Notes: generated by a model from the letters alone, not told the origin. A stretch of 52,109 nt of DNA from Candidatus Uhrbacteria bacterium (GCA_943359345.1 CALRHE010000001.1:67995-120103); one strand, 5' to 3'; numbered from the stretch's first letter, positions 7,439 to 18,600 are shown. A program made the numbers and translations.

Positions 7439-8848
7439 CTAAACCGGTACGACAGACAGCGTGACGCCACCTTTAATGCCAGGGGTGACAAAGGCTACAT
7501 TTTGACCTGAACGTAAATGCAAGTGGCGCCGTAACTCAGTCTTCATTCTAGGCACAAAAGTACCTGCATGATCATCAGTAATAACTGGCACCAAACCTGC
7601 ATGCATCACAGCCTGACGAGCCGCCGCAGAATCTGGCACAGCCACCAGGATGGGTATGTCCATCCGGAACATGTTCAAGAAGCCAATATCTGAGCCTAAT
7701 GACAAGGTGGTCACGACAGCATGGATGAGGTCACGTCTAGCCATGACCGACACAGCATGAGCTAAAGCTGAAGCCAAACAATTGATCACGCTGGTATCTT
7801 CCGGCAAACGATCAAAGCGGGAAGCCTCAGCCTCGCGAATTACTGATGCCATTGCTTGTACGGTGGTAGCCGGATAACGACCAACAGCCGACTCGGCTGA
7901 CAGCATAACAGCATCGGCGTGATCAAAAACAGCGTTGGCAACATCAGAAACTTCGGCTCGGGTAGCTCGGGGGTGGCTGCGCATACTCTCAAGCATCTGA
8001 GTGGCCACGATCACCGGTCTACTGGCTAGTCGACAGCGTTCAACCACATCTTTTTGCACGACTGGCACATCCTCAAAGGGAATTTCAATCCCCAGATCGC
8101 CACGACCAAGCATAATGCCATCAGCAGCCGCGATAATTTCATCAATCCGCTCGAGTGCAGCTTTACGTTCCACCTTAGCCATTATAAGCGGGGGTCGAAC
8201 ACCAAATTTAATAGCTTGTTTGCGGATCAGTTGGCGCAGATGAAGCAAAACTTCTGGGCCAGTCACAAATGACAAACATATCCAATCAACACCCTGTGAA
8301 ACACCAAAGATCAGATCCTGTTGATCTTTGGGTGTCAGGCTTGAAAAACTAATTTTAGAGTCTGGTAAATTGATGCCCTTATGGGAAGTTAACTGGCCAC
8401 CGACCTTCACAACTGCGTGCACCGTGCGCCCGCGCACTCGGAGTACCTCTAACTCAAGATAACCGTCATCAAGCAAGATACGATCACCCGTTTTTACAGC
8501 CTGGTGCAAACCCGCATACGCCACCGGCAACGGTCCGCCGTGTTTATAGTCTTTAGCTGAGGCCGACAAGGTGATTGTCATACCCTCATGAAGCTCTAGA
8601 CCCCGATCTGGAAACTTACCCACGCGAATTTTGGGACCTTGTAAATCCTGTAAAATTGCTACGATGCTCGAGGTTTTTCTGGCAGCTGCCCGGATAGACT
8701 TAATCAGTACGGCGTGCTCTGCATGGGTACCGTGAGAAAAATTAAGTCTAGCTACATCCATGCCGGCCGTCATCATACGCCCCAAAACAGTGGTCGAGCT
8801 TGAAGCCGGACCAATGGTGCAAACTATGCGTGTACGCGCAGACTCCAT
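7439..8848 (-). CDS. pyk: Pyruvate kinase
   Basis: RTRIVCTIGPAS, ARLNFSHG, DLQGPKIR, GRGDLG, ATQMLESM, PRATRAEVSDVANA. Confidence 0.97.
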   Translation of the reverse strand: MESARTRIVCTIGPASSSTTVLGRMMTAGMDVARLNFSHGTHAEHAVLIKSIRAAARKTSSIVAILQDLQGPKIRVGKFPDRGLELHEGMTITLSASAKDYKHGGPLPVAYAGLHQAVKTGDRILLDDGYLELEVLRVRGRTVHAVVKVGGQLTSHKGINLPDSKISFSSLTPKDQQDLIFGVSQGVDWICLSFVTGPEVLLHLRQLIRKQAIKFGVRPPLIMAKVERKAALERIDEIIAAADGIMLGRGDLGIEIPFEDVPVVQKDVVERCRLASRPVIVATQMLESMRSHPRATRAEVSDVANAVFDHADAVMLSAESAVGRYPATTVQAMASVIREAEASRFDRLPEDTSVINCLASALAHAVSVMARRDLIHAVVTTLSLGSDIGFLNMFRMDIPILVAVPDSAAARQAVMHAGLVPVITDDHAGTFVPRMKTELRRHLHLRSGQNVAFVTPGIKGGVTLSVVPV

Positions 8849-8868
8849 AGTGCTAGCATTATAGCAAG

Positions 8869-8982
8869 AGATATTACAAAATTAGATATTAGCAGTCTTT
8901 AGAGAAGTAGATATTAGACACTGACGGAGCGGATCTAATGACTAATTACTAATAGCTGCTAATATCTAATTTTGTAATAACT
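8869..8982. repeat. 114-bp palindromic (MITE-like) element, copy 1
   Basis: Perfect 24-bp IR TATTACAAAATTAGATATTAGCAG (8872-8895 / 8956-8979); near-identical to 10904-11017. Confidence 0.92.
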
Positions 8983-8986
8983 AAAG

Positions 8987-9448
8987 CTATTTCGTCTTCT
9001 TTAGGCTTTTCAATTCTTTCTCAAACCGGTTAACATCCTCAAATGAGAGGTACACCGATGCAAAACGGATATAAGCAACTTTATCAAAAGTCTTGAGATG
9101 TTTCATAACAATATCACCAACTTCAAGAGTGGTGATCTCTCCGCCGCGCACCTTTTGGATATCACGTTCAAGATTGTGCACGATGTTCTGAAGCTCAGTG
9201 TCAGTATATGGACGTTTTTCTAATGATCGTTTCAAACCAACCACTAGTTTTTCTCTAGAATAAGCCTCGCGCTTGCCGTTACGCTTAACCACCGTAACAT
9301 CTAAAAGTTCCATTTCTTCAACGGTTGAAAACCTGAACACACAGCGCTGGCGCTCACACTCTCGACGTCTACGGACCGACATGCCATCTGCACCCAAACG
9401 AGAGTCGACCACGCGTGTAGATTTGTAATTACATACCGGACATCTCAT
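8987..9448 (-). CDS. nrdR: Transcriptional repressor NrdR
   Basis: MRCPVC...VVDSR...RRRREC...RFSTVE, ATP cone, DKVAYIRFASVY. Confidence 0.97.
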   Translation of the reverse strand: MRCPVCNYKSTRVVDSRLGADGMSVRRRRECERQRCVFRFSTVEEMELLDVTVVKRNGKREAYSREKLVVGLKRSLEKRPYTDTELQNIVHNLERDIQKVRGGEITTLEVGDIVMKHLKTFDKVAYIRFASVYLSFEDVNRFEKELKSLKKTK

Positions 9449-9546
9449 ACGTATTCATCACTGGCCTCACATCATCGCTTATCACTAATACTATTTACAC
9501 AGACAGTAGGAATCATTCACAGATTTTACGCAGATGTGATGGTTGA

Positions 9547-10797
9547 TTAAATCATCTTACGGCGAATAAAAGCAGGAATCCCAATCTCACTATCGTCTTC
9601 TGGGGCTGGGGCTGCAACTATCGGCGTCTGGAGTGGTGATCTTTGTTCTCCAAGATTATCTCTGGCGGCCACCGGCATAGCATCCACTGGTCGCTTACTG
9701 AACGGAAAATCTGTACCCGGGGTAGTTGGAATATTGCTTGAGCGAGCAGGCACCTCAGCTGGTCGTGCTAAGGCTGAGCTAGGTTTCCAAGAGCGCGATT
9801 GAATTTCAACCTCACCACCCAAGCTTGGAGCACGACGATGATCGCGATTATCAAAACCCGTTGCTACTACAGTAATGCGAATCTCGTCACCCATGTTTTC
9901 ATCCAGAATCAGTCCGAAAATCACCTTAGCGTCGTCATCGGCAGCTCCGGTAATCACCTTAGCTGCTTCCTGGACCTCGTACATAGACACGTTGGCATTA
10001 CCGGCTACGGTAAACAAGATGCCCTTGGCCCCGTCTATCGAGATTTCAAGTAATGGACTTGCGATTGCATGCTTGGCAGCCTCAACAGCGCGATTATCTC
10101 CTGCAGCCGTTCCAATACCCATGAGGGCTGATCCTGCATTCTGCATGATAGCCTTTACGTCGGCAAAATCGACGTTAATCTGACCCGGAACTGTGATCAT
10201 CTCAGCAATACCCTGCACCCCCTGACGCAGGACGTCATCTATAATTCTAAACGACTCAGCCACCGTAGTTTTCTTATCAATAATCTGTAAAACACGATCA
10301 TTGGGTATAGTAATAATCGTATCAACGTGTTGAGCCAGTTCTGCATGGGCGTCTTCAGCGATCCGGCGACGCTGAGCGCCCTCGAAACCGAACGGTTTAG
10401 TGACAACAGCAACTGTCAGCGCTCCGGCTTCCTTGGCAATTTTAGCTATCTCCGGGATAGCACCACTACCGGTACCACCGCCTAGGCCGGCTGTCAGAAA
10501 TACCATGTCAGTCCCCGCTAAAACATTTCGCAGTTCATTAGCATTTTCCTCAACGGACCGTCTGCCCATTTCAGGATTCATACCCGCACCCAAGCCTCGA
10601 GTCACAGTCTTACCGACTGGAATCTTGTTTACTGCCAAATTGATATGCAAAGCCTGGGCATCAGTGTTCACGGCCACAAATTCAATACCACGCAGTTTTT
10701 CCTGAATCATGCGATTAATTGCAGATCCACCACCGCCACCAATGCCAATAACCTTTATTTTGGCAGTTGTTTCTATCTCTGGCTTAATCTCTGCCAT
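9547..10797 (-). CDS. ftsZ: Cell division protein FtsZ
   Basis: IKVIGIGGGG, GLGGGTGSG, INVDFADV and C-terminal IPAFIRRK. Start taken at ATG 10797. Confidence 0.98.
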   Translation of the reverse strand: MAEIKPEIETTAKIKVIGIGGGGGSAINRMIQEKLRGIEFVAVNTDAQALHINLAVNKIPVGKTVTRGLGAGMNPEMGRRSVEENANELRNVLAGTDMVFLTAGLGGGTGSGAIPEIAKIAKEAGALTVAVVTKPFGFEGAQRRRIAEDAHAELAQHVDTIITIPNDRVLQIIDKKTTVAESFRIIDDVLRQGVQGIAEMITVPGQINVDFADVKAIMQNAGSALMGIGTAAGDNRAVEAAKHAIASPLLEISIDGAKGILFTVAGNANVSMYEVQEAAKVITGAADDDAKVIFGLILDENMGDEIRITVVATGFDNRDHRRAPSLGGEVEIQSRSWKPSSALARPAEVPARSSNIPTTPGTDFPFSKRPVDAMPVAARDNLGEQRSPLQTPIVAAPAPEDDSEIGIPAFIRRKMI

Positions 10798-10903
10798 AGG
10801 CTGAGTACAAGTATTGTTCAATAACTACACCTACCGAATACCTTTTGTGTACTACCCTATCTTATCGTGAAAAGCACCGTCAACACAAGGCGGGGATAAG
10901 CTT

Positions 10904-11017
10904 AGTTATTACAAAATTAGATATTAGCAGTAATTAGAGAAATAGATATTAGACCGTGACGGAGCGGATCTAATGACTAATTACTAATAGCTGCTAATAT
11001 CTAATTTTGTAATAACT
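10904..11017. repeat. 114-bp palindromic (MITE-like) element, copy 2
   Basis: Perfect 27-bp IR AGTTATTACAAAATTAGATATTAGCAG (10904-10930 / 10991-11017); the core TGACGGAGCGGATCTAATGACTAATTACTAATAG is shared with copy 1. Confidence 0.92.
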
Positions 11018-11029
11018 GATCCCTGCTAC

Positions 11030-12289
11030 CTAGGGTATGAGTGACTTCATCCATTTCCGCATTTGCTCGGCTACCTTATCAACGCTCTTAAATTTAAAGA
11101 AATTTCCAAAGTTAAACTTATAACCGTGTAGCTCACGGATACCGTGACCCCAGGCAGCTAAGCCGATGGCGGTAGCAAAGGCCGGATCATGGGCCTCATC
11201 GATCACGCTAGTGATACCGATCGGGGTCCCAACTGCACAAGGTAGACGCAGAACACGTTTAGCCACGTCGATCGAGCCTTCCAGCTTCATGGCGCCACCT
11301 GTAAACAGGACGCCGACCGGCAGCATGCCTGAGCGATCAACCTTACGCAGCTCGCCATCGATAGCCTCAAAAATCTCCTCCATACGGGCCTCAATAATTT
11401 CAGCCAAAAATCTGCATTTTACGACCTCGTCTGTCTCAGCCCCAAAATCTCGCAAAGCAAATTGGTGTTTACGATCAACGATATCAGGCACAGCCTTGCC
11501 ATAAGCCAGTTTTACTTTTTCAGCCACTTCTATAGAGGTTCTAAGTCCAATGGCAATATCATTAGTCACGTGATCACCACCAATCGGCAAAACCGCGGTA
11601 TGTAATAAATCACCCTCCTCAAACACTGCCATTGAGGTGGTGGCTGAACCTATATTCACGACACACACACCCAAATCACGCTGGCGTTGGGTGAGGACTG
11701 CCTCGGCCATGCCAAGCGGCGCATACACAAGATCATCTATATCTAATCCGGTCCGATACACGCTCTTAGTCAGATTTTTAATGTGCGAAGATAAGGCCTC
11801 AATAATCACGGCGTCGACCTCGAGTCGGATGCCGTTCATACCAATTGGATCCTTAACACCCCTCTGGCCATCAACCGTAAAGCTCTTTGGGATAACGTGC
11901 AAAATGTCGTAATTCGAGGGTGTAGCAACTGTGCGAGCAGCTTCCATGGCTCGCTCAACATCGTCCTCTTCAATTTCAGCCTGGGGCCGAGACACACCCA
12001 CTACCCCACGACTCTCCTGAATCACAATACTCTGGCCGGCAATGGCTACCCAAGCGGTATTTAGAGCGATCCCGGTCATGCGCTCAGCTTTTTCTAGAGC
12101 CTTAGATACCGCTGAAACCGCATCTTCCATGCTAGAGACAGCACCTTTATGCATACCTCCAGACGGTGAAGCCACGGCGCCAATCACATGAAGACGGGCT
12201 GAGCCGTCTTCGCCAGCGCTAGCTTTGCACACAGCAACACGAATGGTGGAAGAACCAATATCTAGCCCTGTGATGATCTGGTCGGACAT
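11030..12289 (-). CDS. ftsA: Cell division protein FtsA
   Basis: GLDIGSSTI, VKDPIGMNGIRLE, GGDHVTNDIAIGL, AEKVK, LFTGGA and an amphipathic C-terminus. Confidence 0.97.
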   Translation of the reverse strand: MSDQIITGLDIGSSTIRVAVCKASAGEDGSARLHVIGAVASPSGGMHKGAVSSMEDAVSAVSKALEKAERMTGIALNTAWVAIAGQSIVIQESRGVVGVSRPQAEIEEDDVERAMEAARTVATPSNYDILHVIPKSFTVDGQRGVKDPIGMNGIRLEVDAVIIEALSSHIKNLTKSVYRTGLDIDDLVYAPLGMAEAVLTQRQRDLGVCVVNIGSATTSMAVFEEGDLLHTAVLPIGGDHVTNDIAIGLRTSIEVAEKVKLAYGKAVPDIVDRKHQFALRDFGAETDEVVKCRFLAEIIEARMEEIFEAIDGELRKVDRSGMLPVGVLFTGGAMKLEGSIDVAKRVLRLPCAVGTPIGITSVIDEAHDPAFATAIGLAAWGHGIRELHGYKFNFGNFFKFKSVDKVAEQMRKWMKSLIP

Positions 12290-12308
12290 ACAAAATACTC
12301 AAGCGCCT

Positions 12309-12704
12309 TTAGCGTCCTCCACTAAACTCAAGTATAGCATAAATGAGGTTATAAACATGCGGGTAAAAAATCATGATCCCAACCGCACCAGCAGTCAGCG
12401 CAGTCAAAAAAACTGCTCCGGCCATCATATCTTTTATGTCTCGTACCATGCTACTCAAGCGTGGTTGAACAGCATCGGCAAAACGTTCCATAATGCTATT
12501 CAAGATTTCGAGCACCATCACCGCTGAACACAAAAGGAGTACCAGTATGCGCTCCCATGTATACAGGGGTAAAAGCATGGACAAACAAAAAACGACTATC
12601 GAGATAAATATCTGAAACCTAAAACTTTGTTCAGCTCTAGCTACTTCAAAAATCCCGCGCGCGGCGTGCTTAAGGCTACGCCAGAACAATCTGATAGGGC
12701 TCAT
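12309..12704 (-). CDS. dgkA: Prokaryotic diacylglycerol/undecaprenol kinase family
   Basis: EQSFRFQ, LEILNSIMERFAD, IKDMMAGAV; 3 TM; follows ybeY. Confidence 0.9.
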   Translation of the reverse strand: MSPIRLFWRSLKHAARGIFEVARAEQSFRFQIFISIVVFCLSMLLPLYTWERILVLLLCSAVMVLEILNSIMERFADAVQPRLSSMVRDIKDMMAGAVFLTALTAGAVGIMIFYPHVYNLIYAILEFSGGR

Positions 12705-13126
12705 AAAATTTTAGCCACAATGGCATCTTGAAGTGAAAACATGGTATCGGCAGCGCTGGCCTGCTCGTGATCATATCCCATCAGGTGCAGAATACCGTGA
12801 ACCAACAGATCAGCCAACTCAAGTTCAAGGTCGCCGTTTTCGGCTTGCCGTTTAGCTTGAGGATAGGAAATCAGCACATCACCCAGCTGACCGCTCAAAG
12901 CACGTTCCCCGGCCGCGAAAGACAAAACATCCGTCACCTTGTCCTGGCCACGATACATACGGTTTAAGCGGCGTATTTCAGTGTCAGTCACAAAGTTCAC
13001 ACTCACACTCCCATCAGACTGCCCGGGTACATGTTTGGCCAAGGCTTGGGACAATTTAGCCAAACGCAGACGGGTCAAGCGCTCCGCTCTGGGAACCTCA
13101 TCTTGATGAATATCAAAACTGATCAT
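12701..13126 (-). CDS. ybeY: rRNA maturation endoribonuclease YbeY
   Basis: LNRMYRGQDKVTDVLSF, LGDVLI, HGILHLMGYDH. Confidence 0.96.
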   Translation of the reverse strand: MISFDIHQDEVPRAERLTRLRLAKLSQALAKHVPGQSDGSVSVNFVTDTEIRRLNRMYRGQDKVTDVLSFAAGERALSGQLGDVLISYPQAKRQAENGDLELELADLLVHGILHLMGYDHEQASAADTMFSLQDAIVAKIL

Positions 13127-14079
13127 GGTACAAGCTTAAAACTATTTGCCATCATTTTAAAAGTTTGTAGAAATTCAATATTCTGAGCATCCACCAAATC
13201 GTAAATCAGCGTATACACACGTGTACCGGCATCCAAATACATGACGCGCTCGTCAGGCCCAATCAAAGCCTGGTAACCCTCTTTAGTGAGAGTTGGCTGT
13301 AAACGGTTAAGCGCCACCTCGCCTACCTGCTCCGTATACCAATCCCCGAGCGTCTGCTCAGCCGCTTTGTCCTGCCACAAGACGTTAACGCCAGCCCCAG
13401 TGGTTGACCTAAAACTAACGCGCTGCGAAGCTGGTGTGCTGGTGGGATTCCAAGTGGTGGGATAAAATATTGTGAACGGTAAGTCCAGACTTTCAAGCAC
13501 GCGGACCGCACCCGTATCCAGCAAAGTTGAGGGTGCTAAACCACGCGGATCAAATCTATGAAAAACTTCGTTGCCGTCTAAATAGGTATCCCCATCAGAA
13601 TCCGGATTACGAAAATCAGTACCGTACAACAGCTCTTCAACATTAGTTAAGCCATCACTATCAGTGTCAACGCCAGAAACTGGCTTGGCTGGTTCCGGTT
13701 CAGGCACTGGCACCTGTGGTTCAGGCTCAATAACCTCTTCAGACGGGGTATCCACTACCTCTGGAGTCCTGAGCAGGCCTTGCGAATACGCCCAGGCCAG
13801 AGCCGCGACAACCAGCAAAATTATTATCAATAAAGCAATAATCACTACGCCGAGTTTTGAACGCTTAGGCACGGCTGGTGATAAGACCTTGGGTGGTTGA
13901 ACTGGGGGCTGGGCTACAGGCTTTGGAAGCGCGACAACTTTAGCTGGCTCCAGCTTGACTTCACGGTCATAAAACTCCTTGGGCAGCGTGTGTATGACGA
14001 TATCCGAATGAGCCGTATCCGGTTTGGGAACGGCGGGCCTGTCTGGGGTTGGAGTTATGGCCTGTCTGTCCTCAAACAT
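13123..14079 (-). CDS. Membrane-anchored protein with DxDxDG (bacterial TSP3-like) repeats and PsbP-like C-terminal domain
   Basis: Pro-rich N-terminus, one TM, DTDSDGL..EE..YGTD..NPDSDGD repeats, and a C-terminal F.I.YP..W...MANSFK domain. Confidence 0.8.
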   Translation of the reverse strand: MFEDRQAITPTPDRPAVPKPDTAHSDIVIHTLPKEFYDREVKLEPAKVVALPKPVAQPPVQPPKVLSPAVPKRSKLGVVIIALLIIILLVVAALAWAYSQGLLRTPEVVDTPSEEVIEPEPQVPVPEPEPAKPVSGVDTDSDGLTNVEELLYGTDFRNPDSDGDTYLDGNEVFHRFDPRGLAPSTLLDTGAVRVLESLDLPFTIFYPTTWNPTSTPASQRVSFRSTTGAGVNVLWQDKAAEQTLGDWYTEQVGEVALNRLQPTLTKEGYQALIGPDERVMYLDAGTRVYTLIYDLVDAQNIEFLQTFKMMANSFKLVP

Positions 14080-14101
14080 GTTCCTCCATGTAACTGTTGA
14101 C

Positions 14102-14126
14102 GGACGGGGCCGAGCCCCGCCCCTAC
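14102..14126 (-). repeat. GTAG-type REP element
   Basis: Minus strand reads GTAG-GGGCGGGGC-TCG-GCCCCGTCC (GTAG foot plus GC palindrome). Confidence 0.75.
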
Positions 14127-14132
14127 AGTGAT

Positions 14133-14750
14133 TTAATTATTTGGCAGCTCTAAAATTTTACCAGGACCATTAGGATTATACCCTGAACGAACTTCTTGAC
14201 CGTCAGCGAAGCTGTCTCCATCAGTGTCGGCCCGAAGTGGATCCGTGCCATAAACCTGAACCTCTTCCCTGTCTCCGAGTAGGTCGCTGTCAGTGTCTGG
14301 CTTAGACACGCTGGTGCCGGCCGCTTGCTCTTGATCATTGTTCAAACCATCGCCATCAGTATCAATAACAATCTCGACTTCGGGTACAGATACCTGAGCG
14401 TCGTCGTCTGGACCTTTGCCGTCAGGTTCATCAACCTTAGCATCAATATCAGCTTGAGTTGTGTCATCACCGTCAGCCAGTGTTTGCTTATCCACTGGAT
14501 TCATAAGTCTAAAAGCCAAGTAGGCCGCTAGACCCATAGCCAAAAAGGCAATCACAACAATCACAACCGTTTTCCACACATGCCCTCCAGAGCCCAGATC
14601 TTTATCTTGAATAATCTGGGGATTACTTGGGGGTGGTGTTGACAGACTAGGCGCTGGGCTTGCTGGAGTCCCAATCCCTGCCACCGGCAAATTGGCTGGT
14701 GGCTCTACGCCTTCAAAGATATCTTGTGGCTGCTGTTTGCTGTCAAACAT
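14133..14750 (-). CDS. Membrane-anchored protein with DxDxDG (bacterial TSP3-like) repeats
   Basis: Pro-rich N-terminus, one TM, DTDGDGL/DTDSDLL/DTDGDSF repeats ending GYNPNG. Confidence 0.8.
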   Translation of the reverse strand: MFDSKQQPQDIFEGVEPPANLPVAGIGTPASPAPSLSTPPPSNPQIIQDKDLGSGGHVWKTVVIVVIAFLAMGLAAYLAFRLMNPVDKQTLADGDDTTQADIDAKVDEPDGKGPDDDAQVSVPEVEIVIDTDGDGLNNDQEQAAGTSVSKPDTDSDLLGDREEVQVYGTDPLRADTDGDSFADGQEVRSGYNPNGPGKILELPNN

Positions 14751-14755
14751 AGAAG

Positions 14756-15646
14756 TTATTTAAGAGGATCGTAACCGCTCTCCACCTCAGTCCCATCGCT
14801 AAATCCGTCGCCATCGGTATCAGCCTTGGTTGGATCAGTTGTATATACATGTACCTCATCCCCATCAGTAAGTCCATCGGCGTCGGTATCAGTTACGTTG
14901 TCTGATGTCCCAAAGACCCTTTCATCCAAAACTACCAAACCATCGATATCCATGTCAGCCTGGTCTTGTGCCTGCTTACAAGCGTAAGCCTCACTCTCGT
15001 TTAGCACCTCACAAGCCTCCGGCGACCCACTGGCCACGGCCTCCGCCAGCTGTTCGGCCTGATCGCACGCAGCTTGATCGATGCCTGCCTCGGCACACTT
15101 ACCGACCGCCACGATCGCAGCCTCAACCTGAGTTTCACACGCGGCTCGAGTCGTGGTTCCTGTAATAGCAGCACACTTAGTCAAACTCATCTCTGCCTGA
15201 GCTTGGAGCAAATACGGGGTATCAGCACAAGCCGCCCGCTCTGGGCCAGACAAAACGTCACAAACTAGTGGATCAACTTTATCAATAGCTATGAGAGACA
15301 CACAATCACTCAAGCCTTCGCCCACGAGCACCTGACAAGCCTCAACTAAGCCTAAACGTCTGGCCGCGTCAGCCCTAGCCAGCTCTAGACACAGCGTATC
15401 AACCGCCTCACAGTCTGCTCCAAGCTGTGATTCAATGGCGTCAACCTGGCTCATAAGGTCTACATCCTGCTTGGCGAGTTTACGATTTTTAAGAACATTT
15501 TGCGCGGCTACAGCTGAAAACACTAGTGCCAAAACACCCAAAACAATCAATCCCAGAGACTGCCAAACGCGCTTATGCTTCCACCATGGATCAGATGGAG
15601 GTATGGGCGAAGGGTCATAATACTGATAATTCTGAAAGTCTTGCAT
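14756..15646 (-). CDS. Membrane-anchored protein with Cys-paired helical repeats and DxDxDG repeats
   Basis: TM near N-terminus, repeated C-x(8-10)-C units, C-terminal DTDADGL/DTDGDGF repeats. Confidence 0.8.
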   Translation of the reverse strand: MQDFQNYQYYDPSPIPPSDPWWKHKRVWQSLGLIVLGVLALVFSAVAAQNVLKNRKLAKQDVDLMSQVDAIESQLGADCEAVDTLCLELARADAARRLGLVEACQVLVGEGLSDCVSLIAIDKVDPLVCDVLSGPERAACADTPYLLQAQAEMSLTKCAAITGTTTRAACETQVEAAIVAVGKCAEAGIDQAACDQAEQLAEAVASGSPEACEVLNESEAYACKQAQDQADMDIDGLVVLDERVFGTSDNVTDTDADGLTDGDEVHVYTTDPTKADTDGDGFSDGTEVESGYDPLK

Positions 15647-15649
15647 ACA

Positions 15650-18600
15650 TTACGGCGCGCAATAATTTAGCTGCACGTTGCTGACTTCAACCATGCCGAT
15701 ACCTGGGAACGAAATGCGGATCGGTACTTGTTGTTCAAAAACATCATCGCACACAAAATTATCTGGCCACGGCAGGAGCACATTCTCACCCTGTTCAATA
15801 AAGCCCGTGGTCTGCACCACGTCACCGTCGTTCTCGGACACAATGGTCACCGCGATCTCGACAATCGAGTCAACAATTTGATCGTACATCTCAGCCATTT
15901 CTTCGTCGGTGTCACCATTGTAAGCGTAATCAAGTCCATTAAAAGTGCTCGTCTCTCGCGGGGTGCCTGCTCTCGGCACAGTCTCAAACTCTTTCTCGTT
16001 GGTAGCAAAGCTATCCTCTCCTGTGCCGTCAGCATTATTGTAACTATTTGACGACCAGTTCTTCATGTTTTCAATCCAAGAGCCGGTGTTACTCAAGTTC
16101 GCCGTATATAACTCATAGCCAGCGGTATCTGGTATGTAGCTGTCAAAATCTTCAGCAATCTCAATTGGATCTAATGACACGATATCATCATCGGGAGCAG
16201 CGTAATTGGAATCGTCAGTTACTTCACCGTCAGACAACAGAATGGCAATGTAACGAGCGTTATCTCCAAGCGAACTGTCAGCAATATCGTCAAACATTTC
16301 TTTGGTTTCTAGCAAAGCCTCATAGGTAAATGTACCGTGACCGTCGACACCCGCTGACAAGGGATCAAACGTAAGAGCATAGGTGTAGGCCGTCAAATCA
16401 TCTTCGCCATCTGGACCCACAAAGTCAAAGGGCTCAGGACCAAAGAAAGTGCCCTCAAGCGAGGACGAGGAATCGTTGCAATAATCGCCAAAGTTGGCCG
16501 AGCTGCAGAGAATGTCATTGTTGACACCCAGTACATTACAAACAGTTTCAGGGTGATAGAAACACGTGCCCCCTACCAAGCCACGATAACCAATGGCGCC
16601 AATCTGTACATCGTCACCGAGCTTGTCATACAGCTCCTCGGCCGCGGCTGCGATGGCATCTTTTGCTACCTCAAGTCGGTTGTCTTCGCCGGCCTCGGGT
16701 AAGTCATTACTGCCAACTTCCCACTGCATGGTATAGGACAAATCGGTCACAAACAGCACATAGGTGGTTGGTAACTCGACCTCATCCAAAGACACACTAG
16801 CTGTGAGCGAGGTAGCAACACTGCAGGCTGGTACTGTCAGGGTGGCGGCGTTAGGCAACTCAGAGGTTAAATCCTCGCTATAACTGAAGAATTCAGCTAC
16901 CTCAGAAGCATCAGCACCGGGCTGATTAGTGGTCATCTGGAGCGGCACCGAGGCGTAGGTGAACGGACAAGTGCTATTACATGATTGATTGCAGCCTGGC
17001 ATGACACAAGTACCTGTTCCGCATTCGCTCGACGATAGACATGACGTACCGTTATTTTCTAGTCCGCCTCCGTTACATACGCCTACGCTCTCACACGTGT
17101 AGCTGTCTTGAATTTGACCCAAAACCGTGCAAGTACCATCAATAGTGCTGGTCGCAAAGTCATACCAGACTGGTAGGATGCTGTTGGCATCGCAATACTC
17201 ACCACCATTAATCTCGCCATCACCACAAAACTCTCCCGAAGTGACTTCATAACGACAAGCGAGCGAACAAGCCGTACAAGTTGAACCGTAAGCCGAATCG
17301 CAACCGGTCCCGTTATCTAAACCTTCGTCACACTGCTCTTCCCCCACGTATACGTAACTATCACCACAAACATTAACCTTGCACTGATCTGTGCAGGAGT
17401 CGGTACCCTCAATGTTGCCGTCATCGCACTCCTCGCCCGGATCAATAGCTCCGTCACCGCAACTACCAATTTCAGTACATTCAATATCAAACCAATCACT
17501 CTCAAAGTAATCGCAACTAGCACCCGCGTCGTCGTCGCAAGCCATCACACGCGTACTGCCTAGCGTACAAGCTACCCGATTACCCACACCGTTGCCGCCA
17601 CACACACCACCGTTACAGTCAGTATCGGAGGTACATGGCAGGTTTGCATAGCCAGCTGGAGAGGTATTAGCACACAACTTACCGTCCCAGGTGGCGTCAA
17701 CGCCGTCACACGTTTCACTCGAATCGATAGTGCCGTCGCCACAATAAGCGGCCGGTCCAGCACAGTCCCAGGCGCAAGTAGCGTTCGGGCTATCCGCGTA
17801 CACACCATTTACGTCAGCACAACTACCAGCCCCTGCCCCGTAAGCGCGTGAGTCCGCAAAGCTCATGAGAACACTCAAGCCACAGTCACAAACTTCGCCG
17901 CCGGCAAGCTTACCGTCGCCGCAATAAAAGGCCGTGTAATAAGAACAGTCATTACCACAGAACCCGTAAGTCCCATTTAATGAACCGTCATCACAATCTT
18001 CGCCGGCTTCATTATTTATTTGGATAATGCCGTCACCACAAGTTACGACTATACAGGTAGCTGAGCTGTCATCTGCATAGTTATCACAACTACTGTTACA
18101 AATCTGGCTTGAAGTCCCGGCTAAACCTTCAGGCGTGGTGCATGGTGCCGCGCTACCGCCAAGTTGGCCTAACTCACACACCTCAGCACCCCCCACTACA
18201 CCATCACCACAGCTAGTCGACAAACCGTAAATGCTCGTGCCATCGCAGAAGGCCGTAGCTTCAAAACCATTGGCTGCGGCACTCGAATTTCCGATGCTAA
18301 TGGTCACGCCATCAAGGTTATCGTCTTCGATTGGATTGACCCATGTCCCGGTGGCGTACTCAAGATCGGCATACAAGTAAGCTTGAGTGTCACCAACCGC
18401 TTTGTAATGGTAGGCGTGCGAATTAACTGGACACACGTACGTACCGGTAAGCTCGTTGACACACGTTTCAGCGTCATAAGCCTCATATCCGCTACCACCG
18501 CAAGCCACATAGTCATTGATGGGATCAGCAGATAAAGTCGTGCTGAGCGCGCCGCCTAGAATGCTATTCCAAGATTCCCAGATGCTCGAAGTCAAAGACC

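Noticed and set aside
8869-11017. Repeats as a CRISPR array
   Set aside because: Only two copies, 2 kb apart and separated by housekeeping genes; no repeat-spacer periodicity and no cas genes.
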